From: an uncultured virus (IMG/VR IMGVR_UViG_3300030419_006315)
Taxonomy: Duplodnaviria > Heunggongvirae > Uroviricota > Caudoviricetes
Length of the DNA stretch: 64,000 bases
Virus record (IMG/VR): IMGVR_UViG_3300030419_006315
Strand: one strand, 5' to 3'
Numbering within the stretch: the first letter of the stretch is position 1; each line of letters opens with the position of its first letter. Shown here piece by piece: positions 1 to 8,621 of this stretch. The translations under genes and the position numbers were made by a program. The notes under the pieces are model-generated. The model ran no database searches, was not told where the DNA came from, and saw nothing but the letters and a program-made list of their open reading frames with translations.

Positions 1-28
1 GTTTCAGCAAGGTTTAATAAGAAATACC

Positions 29-988
29 ATGCGCGCCAATGGCAGCCCCTACTCAGCACTCAGAGTTAGACGGGCAATGGAGGACCCTGCGGATATGTAT
101 TTGGCATATCTAAATGCAGTCGATGAGCTTTTTGTAACAGATTATTTGTTTAAGAGAGGCTTGGTAAAGACAATTAGATCGTTTGATGAGTACATGCAGC
201 ATTATTTGCGTTACATCAAGGACAGAATAGATCTTTTCCCCATGACAAAAACAGGGTTTGTAGCATCAAAGTTTTGCTCCCCTCTCTGTACTGGCCTGGT
301 GATAGAGATAAATGGCGAAGACCACTCCTCCGACATGCCAAAGAAAGATAACTATCTTATGGATCAAAATTTTGAAATAGCCAGGAACACAGCAGAGCAA
401 TTTGGATTCATGATGGATAAGAATGCTCCTTGGCGATTCACTGCCGACCTTGCCAGTCCTTTTATACAACGTCACGCGGAGAAATATGGAGTAAAAGAAT
501 CTCCTGGTTCAGCGTCGAATATATTTGACACACACTATGACTTAGTGTATAATGATGATATAAAATTACTAAAAAGGTTCTTCTTGTCGTCTTATGGCTC
601 TTTCACAACAACTTTCCCAAACTACAGAGAGGAAAGTCTGGAATATGATAATGGAGAGCCATCTATCACGATAAAGCAAGGTCAGAGACAGGCTTACAGT
701 GCTGCAACTTACAGAGAGAAGTATAAAGACCCTTTCTGGTTTAACCTGTATGCAAGCCTTCGTTTGAGAGAGGCAAGAGTACCATTGACAAATGAGAGAA
801 GAAGTGTTATCCTTAAGAAAGTAAACTCGCTCTTGAAATATGGAGGCCCCATCCGAACTTTGAAAGTGATCAACGAGACAGTGCTAAGTTCTAGTCCAAA
901 TCGTTGGTGGATGGAGACTGCCGGAGGTCAGGAATCACAAACTGCAGACACTCAGCCGACCGCTGATGGAGATACACAAGGCTACTAA
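29..988 (+). CDS. hypothetical protein (true start may lie upstream)
   Basis: 319-aa ORF abutting the polymerase gene; no motif recognised. Confidence 0.6.
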   Translation: MRANGSPYSALRVRRAMEDPADMYLAYLNAVDELFVTDYLFKRGLVKTIRSFDEYMQHYLRYIKDRIDLFPMTKTGFVASKFCSPLCTGLVIEINGEDHSSDMPKKDNYLMDQNFEIARNTAEQFGFMMDKNAPWRFTADLASPFIQRHAEKYGVKESPGSASNIFDTHYDLVYNDDIKLLKRFFLSSYGSFTTTFPNYREESLEYDNGEPSITIKQGQRQAYSAATYREKYKDPFWFNLYASLRLREARVPLTNERRSVILKKVNSLLKYGGPIRTLKVINETVLSSSPNRWWMETAGGQESQTADTQPTADGDTQGY

Positions 989-2176
989 TTGCTATTTCAA
1001 GCACTGGACGACAAAGGACAATGTGTTGGGGTCTATGTTGATGGAAAGTTATCGTTCAAAAACATTCCAACGGGACTCACAAGCACTTGGGACTACGCAA
1101 ACTTTCTCAAAGATCAAGACATAAACTACGCTAGGCTGTATTGCGGTGGTCAAACGCTTGATCAAGCCTGTCCGGATCATCTTTTGGATGAGTGGCATGA
1201 GAAAAGTGCTAAATTGAAGGCGTTTCTCAACTCTTTTAAGGAATCTAAGGTTTCTTTGAGGGAAAATTGCTTCTTCGATCTTGTTCCTGAGCGTTTTTTG
1301 CTTGATTTTTGTGAGATTAAGAACGAAATAACAAAATATATTCTTGAAAATTACGAAAAACCTAAAAATTATGATTTTTTATTGCAAACAAACGTAATTT
1401 TGTCTAAAATTAAGCAAAATGATCTCGATATTGATGCGGATGCCTTAAAAAACAGGCTACACGAGTTTAAAGTGCGACAATTTGTCAATAAACTGGATCG
1501 CACTAACAAATATATCGATTTTAACTTGTTTGGTACGAAAACTGGCCGCCTTTCGACGAAAAAAAAGAGTTTTCCCATTATGACAATGGACAAGGCGTAT
1601 AGAAAGGTGTTGCGCCCGAAAAACGAGTGTTTTGTTGAGCTAGACTTCAATGCAGCAGAGCTTCGGACTCTTCTGGCTCTTTCTGGAATAGATCAGCCGC
1701 AAGAAGATCTGCATGATTGGAATATCAACAACATATTTGAGGGAAACGAGACAAGAGAGGAGGCCAAGAAGAGGATCTTTGCATGGCTTTATAATCCAGA
1801 GGCGAAAGATCACTCATTGGATAAAACATACGATAAAAGATCAGTGGTAAAGAAGTATTTTACAGGGAGTGAAGTAAAGACGTGCTTTGATAGAACTATC
1901 CCATGCGATAGTCATCATGCTTTAAATTATATTATTCAGAGCACGACAAGTGATTTATTGCTTAAACAAATGGTAAAAGTTGATAAAATATTAGAAGGAA
2001 CAAAATCTTTTATTGCGTTTCCTTTGCATGACAGTTTGGTGATTGACTTATCGCTCGCCGATCGAGGAATGGTCAAAGAGTTGGTCGACATCTTTAAGGA
2101 GACGGAATTGGGAACATTTAGAACTAACTTAAGTATTGGAAGAAATTTTGGAGAAATGAAAAAATATGAAGTGTAA
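989..2176 (+). CDS. short family A DNA polymerase (polymerase domain only)
   Basis: GTKTGRLS; motif A ELDFNAAELR; motif B R-x3-K-x3-F-x3-Y (REEAKKRIFAWLY); ALNYIIQST; motif C LHDSLV. Confidence 0.8.
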   Translation: MLFQALDDKGQCVGVYVDGKLSFKNIPTGLTSTWDYANFLKDQDINYARLYCGGQTLDQACPDHLLDEWHEKSAKLKAFLNSFKESKVSLRENCFFDLVPERFLLDFCEIKNEITKYILENYEKPKNYDFLLQTNVILSKIKQNDLDIDADALKNRLHEFKVRQFVNKLDRTNKYIDFNLFGTKTGRLSTKKKSFPIMTMDKAYRKVLRPKNECFVELDFNAAELRTLLALSGIDQPQEDLHDWNINNIFEGNETREEAKKRIFAWLYNPEAKDHSLDKTYDKRSVVKKYFTGSEVKTCFDRTIPCDSHHALNYIIQSTTSDLLLKQMVKVDKILEGTKSFIAFPLHDSLVIDLSLADRGMVKELVDIFKETELGTFRTNLSIGRNFGEMKKYEV

Positions 2177-2480
2177 CAAACTTGTTAGAGACAACATTGT
2201 GAAGATTATCGAGGCACAAGGGCGCTCTCACACTTCTCGTGTCTTGTTTAATGATGTGGAGTATGAGACTGCACTTGTTAGCAAGTTGCGAGAAGAGGTG
2301 GAAGAGTTTATAGAGGATCCTTGCAAAGAGGAGATGGCAGATATTCTTGAGGTTTTGGATTGTTTGATGGAGTTTTACAGTATAGACCCTTATGCCGTAG
2401 AAACTGCGAAGCAGGCAAAGGCACATACCCGCGGATCTTTTAAGAAGCGCATCTACCTGGAAGAAGTAACAGACAAATGA
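2166..2480 (+). CDS. MazG-like / PRA-PH family nucleoside triphosphate pyrophosphohydrolase
   Basis: NKLVRDNI, KLREEVEEF, EEMADILEV motifs. Confidence 0.8.
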   Translation: MKCNKLVRDNIVKIIEAQGRSHTSRVLFNDVEYETALVSKLREEVEEFIEDPCKEEMADILEVLDCLMEFYSIDPYAVETAKQAKAHTRGSFKKRIYLEEVTDK

Positions 2481-3340
2481 ATATAGTAGGTCTTGGACAA
2501 GCAGGCTGCAACATAGCTGATAGGTTTGGTGAGCAAGAGGAATATCGCACTTACAAGATCGATAGTAGTGAATACACAAACCAGATTAACTATTACCAAC
2601 TTAAACAGCGCGATGACTTCCAAGATTATGAAAAGCATTCGTGTGATCTGCGAGAATACTTTAAGTCCATTGATGACGAAGTGTATTTCGCAGTGGCAGG
2701 TTCCGGCGACACTTCAGGAGCCTCTCTTTGGATTCTTGAACAGTTGAAAAGGTACAAGCCAAACATCTTATACGTTCAGCCAGATCTTGAATTACTAAGT
2801 GGCCAAGCGGCAATGAAAGAGAGAATCTTGAGAGGAGTGCTTCAGGAATATGCAAGGTCTGGACTTTTTGAAACAGCGTACTTGGTTGATAACATGATAG
2901 TTGAAAACTTCCTGGGTGACATCCCGGTCGCTGGATATTATGACGGCCTTAATGACATTATTGTTTCAACCTTTCATATGATAAACGTATTTGAAAATAC
3001 AGAACCTCTTATAGGCACAATTCAGAAACCACAAGAAAGTAGCAGGATTGCAACCATCGGTGTAGCTAGCTTTGAAAGCGGCGAGGAGAATTTATTTTAC
3101 CCATTTGATTTGGTAAGGGAGAAGGCATATTACTATGCGATCAATAAAGAAAAACTGGAGAGCGATGGAAGTTTAATTAAGAAGATAAAAACACAGATAA
3201 AGTCGAAAATGCAAGATAACGTCAGGGTTTCCTACGGTATCTTCCCCACAAACTATGAAGATGATTACATTTTTTGTAAAGCATACACATCCAAAGTACA
3301 ACTAGAAAAAGAAGAAGAAAAAGAAGAAAATAATTCTTGA
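2477..3340 (+). CDS. tubulin/FtsZ-family GTPase (PhuZ/TubZ-like, divergent)
   Basis: N-terminal IVGLGQAGCNIA loop, degenerate tubulin signature AGSGDTSGA, YLVDN, acidic C-terminal tail. Confidence 0.7.
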   Translation: MNIVGLGQAGCNIADRFGEQEEYRTYKIDSSEYTNQINYYQLKQRDDFQDYEKHSCDLREYFKSIDDEVYFAVAGSGDTSGASLWILEQLKRYKPNILYVQPDLELLSGQAAMKERILRGVLQEYARSGLFETAYLVDNMIVENFLGDIPVAGYYDGLNDIIVSTFHMINVFENTEPLIGTIQKPQESSRIATIGVASFESGEENLFYPFDLVREKAYYYAINKEKLESDGSLIKKIKTQIKSKMQDNVRVSYGIFPTNYEDDYIFCKAYTSKVQLEKEEEKEENNS

Positions 3341-3365
3341 CAAAGCGGTGTATGTTTGATACACT
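3337..3365 (+). promoter_or_regulatory. sigma70-type promoter upstream of the SSB gene
   Basis: TTGACA-17 nt-TACACT with extended -10 TG. Confidence 0.7.
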
Positions 3366-3428
3366 GTATTCAGATGGTTGGGAGATTAACCAACTATACT
3401 ATAGCTAAATGCAAACAAGGAGGCAAAC

Positions 3429-4187
3429 ATGGCTATTGATATGAGTAAGATGGCAGCTAAGAAACAGGCTCTTGAGAACCGTGGTAACGGAAGCAAGGGT
3501 AACTTTTGGCGCCCAGATGACGGAGAGACTACGATTCGTATTCTCCCCACAGCGGACGGAGACCCCTTCAAGGAGTTCTTCTTCCATTATAACGTAGGCA
3601 AGAATCCTGGGTTCTTGTCCCCCAAGAAGAACTTTGGCGAGGAAGATCCGTTGGACACTTTCGTTCGCAACTTGTTCAACGAGGGTGATGACGAATCCAT
3701 TAAGATGGCGAAGTCCCTCATGGCTCGTCAACGCTTCTTCTCTCCCGTGATCGTTCGCGGCGAGGAAGACAAGGGCGTACAGATTTGGGGCTACGGCAAG
3801 ATGGTTTATCAAAACCTTCTTAACCTCGTTCTCAATCCGGATTATGGTGATATCACCGATCCTGAGAGTGGCACTGACTTGGTTATCCATTACGGAAAGC
3901 CTGCAGGTGCTCAATTCCCGCAGACGAAGATTACGCCTCGTCGTAAGTCTTCTGCTCTGTCGGATGACGCTCAAACGACGGAATGGTTGGAAGCGATTCC
4001 TGACTTTAACGATCTCTTTGAGCGAAAGACCCCTGAGGAGGTCGGCGCGTTGCTGGACGAATTCCTCTCTACGGATCAGTCTGCAGAGAACGACTCCAGC
4101 GAGACAACTCGCTACAGTTCCGGACCACAAGCGACCGGAGCCGCATCGTCTGTCGATGATGCATTCAATGAACTGCTAGGAGCCTAG
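3429..4187 (+). CDS. single-stranded DNA-binding protein, T4 gp32-like
   Basis: FWRP..TIRILP, GVQIWGYGKMVY, YGDITDPESGTDL, acidic tail ending DDAFNELL; SD AAGGAGG. Confidence 0.8.
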   Translation: MAIDMSKMAAKKQALENRGNGSKGNFWRPDDGETTIRILPTADGDPFKEFFFHYNVGKNPGFLSPKKNFGEEDPLDTFVRNLFNEGDDESIKMAKSLMARQRFFSPVIVRGEEDKGVQIWGYGKMVYQNLLNLVLNPDYGDITDPESGTDLVIHYGKPAGAQFPQTKITPRRKSSALSDDAQTTEWLEAIPDFNDLFERKTPEEVGALLDEFLSTDQSAENDSSETTRYSSGPQATGAASSVDDAFNELLGA

Positions 4188-4196
4188 TGGTCCATT

Positions 4197-4231
4197 CCCC
4201 GCAGGGAGGCATGGGGTTATACAGATGCCTC
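4197..4231 (+). ncRNA. putative structured RNA motif (H-type pseudoknot), copy 1
   Basis: CCCC-GCAGG-GAGGCAT-GGGG-TTATACAG-ATGCCTC; stems CCCC/GGGG and GAGGCAT/ATGCCTC. Confidence 0.55.
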
Positions 4232-4254
4232 AACTTTTATATAAGGAGAGAATT

Positions 4255-4617
4255 GTGAATTTGTTGACAAGTACCATCTTAGCTGTTTGTTTGGCCGTTG
4301 GCTTTACATCCTGCTTCGATGAAAAGTCCAACCTTTCAGTGGCTACCGAAGGAGAAGGAGAGGAAGGCGAGAGTGAAGGGCCTGTTATCGTAGGAGAAGG
4401 CGAAGGCGAGGGAGAAGGCGAGAGTGTAGCTGAAGGTGAAGCTGAAGAGAATGCTCAGGAAGGCGAGGGCGAGATCACAAGAGCGGTCGATTTTCGGGAA
4501 TGTTTTGAAGATTGCATGGATGAAAACGACGATGTTGAATCTTGCCGCCTTGGTTGCGCCGAAGCTCGTGGTGACGGCGGAGCCAATCGACCAGATAGAG
4601 GGGACGAGGGCGAATAA
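4255..4617 (+). CDS. putative lipoprotein with Glu-Gly repeats and a 4-Cys helical domain
   Basis: GTG start after SD AAGGAG; signal peptide ending GFTSC; EGEGEG repeats. Confidence 0.65.
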   Translation: MNLLTSTILAVCLAVGFTSCFDEKSNLSVATEGEGEEGESEGPVIVGEGEGEGEGESVAEGEAEENAQEGEGEITRAVDFRECFEDCMDENDDVESCRLGCAEARGDGGANRPDRGDEGE

Positions 4618-4623
4618 CTTCAC

Positions 4624-4656
4624 ATCCGCAGGAAGGCACGGGATTACAGGTGCCTT
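4624..4656 (+). ncRNA. putative structured RNA motif (H-type pseudoknot), copy 2
   Basis: ATCC-GCAGG-AAGGCAC-GGGAT-TACAG-GTGCCTT; compensatory changes relative to copy 1. Confidence 0.55.
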
Positions 4657-4680
4657 ATTTATTTAACAAAGGAGTTACAG

Positions 4681-5148
4681 ATGAGCTTGCAGAGTAAATT
4701 GAGAGAAGCAGAACTAAACGAAGATCACCGTATCACTCTAACGTATGAGACTGGAGCGGATGTTATTCATGCATTTGATGACTACGTTGAAGACGTTTTG
4801 CAACACACCGATTTTACCGATCGTGTTGCTGAGGTGATTACATTTACAGGTTTTAAGAACGAGGCAATTAAGGAATTGCGCAACGGCTTTGAGGATTTCC
4901 TTGCGGATTATCCTCGCGACGGATCCGGTTTTGAATCTTATGTTTCAGAAGTATTGGCTGATAACATTTACGATTTTAATTTCATTGATAGAACGGTCGA
5001 GCAATATGATTTTAAGCGCGGGTTCTTGACTCTTGAGGCCAGTGTTGAAACGACAGTAGGAGAGATCATGGCAGCCCCAGAACATCTCTTTTCCGGATGG
5101 AGCACTCGTGTCAGCACCAAGATCGGAGAACTGAAGATCGATGGCTAG
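4681..5148 (+). CDS. hypothetical protein
   Basis: 155-aa ORF with SD AAGGAG; overlaps recA start. Confidence 0.7.
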   Translation: MSLQSKLREAELNEDHRITLTYETGADVIHAFDDYVEDVLQHTDFTDRVAEVITFTGFKNEAIKELRNGFEDFLADYPRDGSGFESYVSEVLADNIYDFNFIDRTVEQYDFKRGFLTLEASVETTVGEIMAAPEHLFSGWSTRVSTKIGELKIDG

Positions 5149-6265
5149 CAACGGAAAGGTAAGTATCGCAGAGATGCGCAAACTTCTCAATAAGAAGGCC
5201 GGCGGGAGTGTCGCCTACAATCTTAATGAGGACAACCCTACCGATGTTAAGAAATGGATTCCAACTGGCTCACGCTGGTTGGATTCTATTATATGCAGAG
5301 GTAAACAAGCCGGCATCCCCATGGGGAAGATCGTAGAGATTGCGGGATTGGAATCAACTGGTAAGTCTTACATGGCCAGTCAAATCGCATCCAATGCTCA
5401 GAAGATGGGAATTGATGTGGTGTATTTTGATTCCGAGTCTGCACTTGATTCTTCTTTCTTGGAGAAGGCTGGTTGTGACGTAGACAACGTTCTTTACGTC
5501 CAGGCTACTAGCGTCGAAGCGGTGCTTGAATATATTGAGGAGTTGCTGGGAACGGGGAATCAATTCTTGTTTGTTTGGGACTCTCTTGCGTTCACGCCGA
5601 GCAAGTCTGACATTGAAGGAGACTTCAATCCATTGTCCAGTATGGCTGTGAAGCCTCGGATTCTTTCAAAGGGTTTGTCGAAACTTGTGCAGCCAATTGC
5701 CAATAGTTCTTCGACGTTGCTGATTCTTAATCAGTTGAAAACCAATATCACTTCGAATGTTGCAGAGGCAATGACAACACCTTACTTCACTCCTGGCGGC
5801 AAAGCATTAAACTATTCTTATTCGCTCAGAGTTTGGCTAACAGGCCGCAAGGCTAAAGCTAGTTTTATTACCGATGAGAACGGCTTCAGGATTGGCTCAG
5901 AGGTTAAGGCTAAGATTGAGAAGTCTCGTTTTGGAACCCAAGGTCGTATCTGTACGTTTAAAATTGTGTGGGGCGGAGAGGATGTTGCAATTCGAGATGA
6001 GGAGTCTTGGTTTGAGGCGATCAAATCCTCAGAACACTTGACCAATGCTGGTGCCTGGTTTAGTCTACACTTTGAAGATGGCAAGGTGGAGAAGTTTCAA
6101 AAAGCCACATGGCTTGACAAACTTCAGGATAAAAAGTTCCACGAACGAGTACTTCAAATTATGGACGAGGAAGTTATCTTGAAGTTTGAAAACAAGACTG
6201 GCAAGGCAGATGACTTTTACGCTTTGGAGGAGGAGCAGGAAGCTGCTTCTGCAGAGAAGGCATGA
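5141..6265 (+). CDS. recA: RecA/UvsX recombinase
   Basis: IPTGS..LD, GKIVEIAGLESTGKS Walker A, YFDSE, VWDS, LNQL, TPGGKAL. Confidence 0.93.
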   Translation: MASNGKVSIAEMRKLLNKKAGGSVAYNLNEDNPTDVKKWIPTGSRWLDSIICRGKQAGIPMGKIVEIAGLESTGKSYMASQIASNAQKMGIDVVYFDSESALDSSFLEKAGCDVDNVLYVQATSVEAVLEYIEELLGTGNQFLFVWDSLAFTPSKSDIEGDFNPLSSMAVKPRILSKGLSKLVQPIANSSSTLLILNQLKTNITSNVAEAMTTPYFTPGGKALNYSYSLRVWLTGRKAKASFITDENGFRIGSEVKAKIEKSRFGTQGRICTFKIVWGGEDVAIRDEESWFEAIKSSEHLTNAGAWFSLHFEDGKVEKFQKATWLDKLQDKKFHERVLQIMDEEVILKFENKTGKADDFYALEEEQEAASAEKA

Positions 6266-6582
6266 TAGTTTTTGATTTTTCAGAGTTCATCAAGAATGAA
6301 TATTCTTGCAACCAAGCGCTTGAGAATGACGAAGGTGAGTTGATAGGCCATTGCAAGCTCTTTATTAGAGAGGTGAATGGGTCCAAGCAGTTGCATGCCA
6401 CCTTTACTCCAGCCGGCGAGGACTTTGACGGCACAAAGCATCCGTTGGTATGGCGAAAGTTACCCGCCGATGCCCCTCTGACCAAGGACTATCTTGTTGA
6501 TATTGTTTCTGATATAGGCGCAGAGCTTTCACTCTTTGTCCAAGGCAGAAGGAGAGTGTTTGACTGGAGAAATAACTTGTAG
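6262..6582 (+). CDS. hypothetical protein
   Basis: ATGA overlap with recA stop. Confidence 0.6.
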   Translation: MIVFDFSEFIKNEYSCNQALENDEGELIGHCKLFIREVNGSKQLHATFTPAGEDFDGTKHPLVWRKLPADAPLTKDYLVDIVSDIGAELSLFVQGRRRVFDWRNNL

Positions 6583-6588
6583 TTCTTG

Positions 6589-6639
6589 AATATTTCCTTG
6601 TGTCAGGTCGTCTAATTGATATAGACACAAGGAGATATT
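6589..6639 (+). promoter_or_regulatory. RBS-sequestering hairpin
   Basis: AATATTTCCTTGTGTC / GACACAAGGAGATATT 16-bp stem (1 G-U) covering the SD AAGGAG directly before ATG 6640. Confidence 0.65.
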
Positions 6640-6963
6640 ATGTTAGCAGCAGCTTTAATTATTGCAGGAATCGCAGTTGCCGTGATGGGTCCACAACCAG
6701 TTGTTGTAAATAAAAAGGTAGTGGTACACCGGAGGGCACCTTCAAAGAAGACTGTGATAATACACAAGAATCAAAGGCGATATAGGCACCATGTCCGTCG
6801 TCAAAGAGTTAAGCAATTGCGCCGCCAACATGCAAGAGAGTTGAGGAGGCAACAGCGTCGTCATGAAAGAGAGATGACGAAATTACGACGACAGAATGAA
6901 CGCGAACAGTCGAGAAGAGATAATCAGAACCGGAGAAGTGACAGAAGAAGCCGCAGAAGATGA
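6640..6963 (+). CDS. Arg-rich protein with N-terminal hydrophobic segment
   Basis: signal/TM helix followed by an R/H/Q-rich basic tail; SD AAGGAG. Confidence 0.65.
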   Translation: MLAAALIIAGIAVAVMGPQPVVVNKKVVVHRRAPSKKTVIIHKNQRRYRHHVRRQRVKQLRRQHARELRRQQRRHEREMTKLRRQNEREQSRRDNQNRRSDRRSRRR

Positions 6964-7017
6964 ATTTAGACACTACTTACAATAACAAGCTGTAATTTGT
7001 TGCTGAGGTGTACATGA

Positions 7018-7218
7018 GTGTCCGGACCAACAGAAAAGAAAGCGCCGTCCTTTTTAAGGAAAGTATTTCTCTCCAAGAGAGAGCTTAGATACCTTATATC
7101 ACTATTGAAAGCTGATGCATCACAACCCACCGAACCATGGAAAGAGAAGCTTTTCAAAAAAATCCAAAAACACTATACAAATGCTAAGAAGAGAAAGAAG
7201 AAGGACACACCAGAATGA
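7018..7218 (+). CDS. small basic hypothetical protein
   Basis: ORF after an ACTACTTA motif; ATGA overlap with next gene. Confidence 0.5.
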   Translation: MSGPTEKKAPSFLRKVFLSKRELRYLISLLKADASQPTEPWKEKLFKKIQKHYTNAKKRKKKDTPE

Positions 7219-7421
7219 GACGCATCCGCGTCGGAGATTTGGTCAAGGCTCGTGAAGAACTTGATGTACCATATGATCCTATCGAAGGATTAGGAATAGT
7301 TATTGACATTGAGCCCTGGGGAGAGTATAATATACATGTTATTTACTTCTTCGAGCCAAGAGTCATTAGGTGGTTTGAAGAAGAGGATTTAATTTTAGTA
7401 AATTCAGCAAAAGAGGAATAA
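7215..7421 (+). CDS. small xVGDLV-family protein (SH3/KOW-like)
   Basis: IRVGDLVK...GLGIVID pattern shared with the genes at 56-64 kb. Confidence 0.6.
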   Translation: MRRIRVGDLVKAREELDVPYDPIEGLGIVIDIEPWGEYNIHVIYFFEPRVIRWFEEEDLILVNSAKEE

Positions 7422-8386
7422 TGAAAAGAGTTTTAATAGTGGACGCGTTGAATATGTATCTTCGTTCATACATAATCAACCCCACTCTTTCTTCCAACGG
7501 CTCTCCTGTGGGTGGCACTGTGGGTACTTTACAGTCTCTAAACAAGTTAGCTAGAGAAACAAAGCCGGATAGGATTATTATTTGTTGGGATGGATCCGGT
7601 GGATCGCAGAAGAGAAAGAGTGTAAACAAGAATTATAAGGAAGGTCGGAAACCTATTCGGCTGAATAGGGCGATTAGAAACCTCTCGGAAAGTGAGGAGA
7701 TGGCAAATAAGATTTGGCAACAGACGCGTCTTTTCGAGTATCTCAACGAAATGCCCATCATTCAGATCATCGCCGATGGGGTTGAGGCAGACGACATTAT
7801 TTCATATGTTGCCAGACACCCAGAGCACAAGGGTTGGCAAAAAGTTATTATTAGCTCAGACAAGGACTTTATCCAATTACTAGACGACGAGACAGTGTTG
7901 TTGAGACCAATTCAGAAAGAAGTTCTGAACGCCACCCGGGTCGTCGAGAAGTTTGGCATTCACCCAAACAACTTTGCTCTCGCTAGATCGATCGTCGGTG
8001 ACAAGAGCGATAATTTAGTCGGTGTCGGACGCGTCGGCCTACCAACCGTTGCCAAGCGCTTGCCCTTTCTGTCTGAGGATAGAGATTGTAGCATTGATGA
8101 GGTAATTTCATTTTGCGAATCAGTTGAAAACAAGCTTGCTGCTCACAACAGCATAATCAACGGAAGAGAGATTATTGAGCAAAATTATAAACTTATGCAA
8201 CTTTACGCACCTTCTGTATCTATTCAGCAAAAACAATCCATAACTGAGACTCTTGGCAATTTTGATCCAATGTTGAACAAGACGCAGATTAGGAAAATGC
8301 TGGTGGAAGACGGTATTGGGGAAGTTGCTCTGTCAGATCTTTTCCAAAATTTTGCAAGAAACATTTCTGACCACAATGCGAAATAG
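7421..8386 (+). CDS. 5'-3' exonuclease / flap endonuclease (Pol I N-terminal, T4 RNase H-like)
   Basis: VLIVDA, CWDG, NYKEGR, EADDII, SSDKDFIQL, GDKSDN.GV..VG. Confidence 0.92.
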   Translation: MKRVLIVDALNMYLRSYIINPTLSSNGSPVGGTVGTLQSLNKLARETKPDRIIICWDGSGGSQKRKSVNKNYKEGRKPIRLNRAIRNLSESEEMANKIWQQTRLFEYLNEMPIIQIIADGVEADDIISYVARHPEHKGWQKVIISSDKDFIQLLDDETVLLRPIQKEVLNATRVVEKFGIHPNNFALARSIVGDKSDNLVGVGRVGLPTVAKRLPFLSEDRDCSIDEVISFCESVENKLAAHNSIINGREIIEQNYKLMQLYAPSVSIQQKQSITETLGNFDPMLNKTQIRKMLVEDGIGEVALSDLFQNFARNISDHNAK

Positions 8387-8621
8387 GAGAAAGAAAAAGG
8401 CGATCCCGAAGTTGGATCTTCATCAGGTTAGACACGAGGATGTTAGGGGAAGGTGTATAGAGTTTGTCGAGGCCAATTGGGACACTGGTGAAGAGATACA
8501 TATTATAACAGGGTATTCAGATATAATGATGGAACTAGTTATACAAGTGTTGAAAGAATACAACCTACGATATGAAGAAGGAGACTACTTCAACAGGGGC
8601 TATATCAAGAGTTGGTTATGA
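8376..8621 (+). CDS. Smr-domain protein
   Basis: LDLH...IHIITGYS...NRG. Confidence 0.7.
   Translation: MRNRRKKKAIPKLDLHQVRHEDVRGRCIEFVEANWDTGEEIHIITGYSDIMMELVIQVLKEYNLRYEEGDYFNRGYIKSWL

Noticed and set aside
3405..4130. Long antisense ORFs opposite SSB, the protease, purA and pckA
   Set aside because: Fully overlap well-supported genes, with no motifs or RBS
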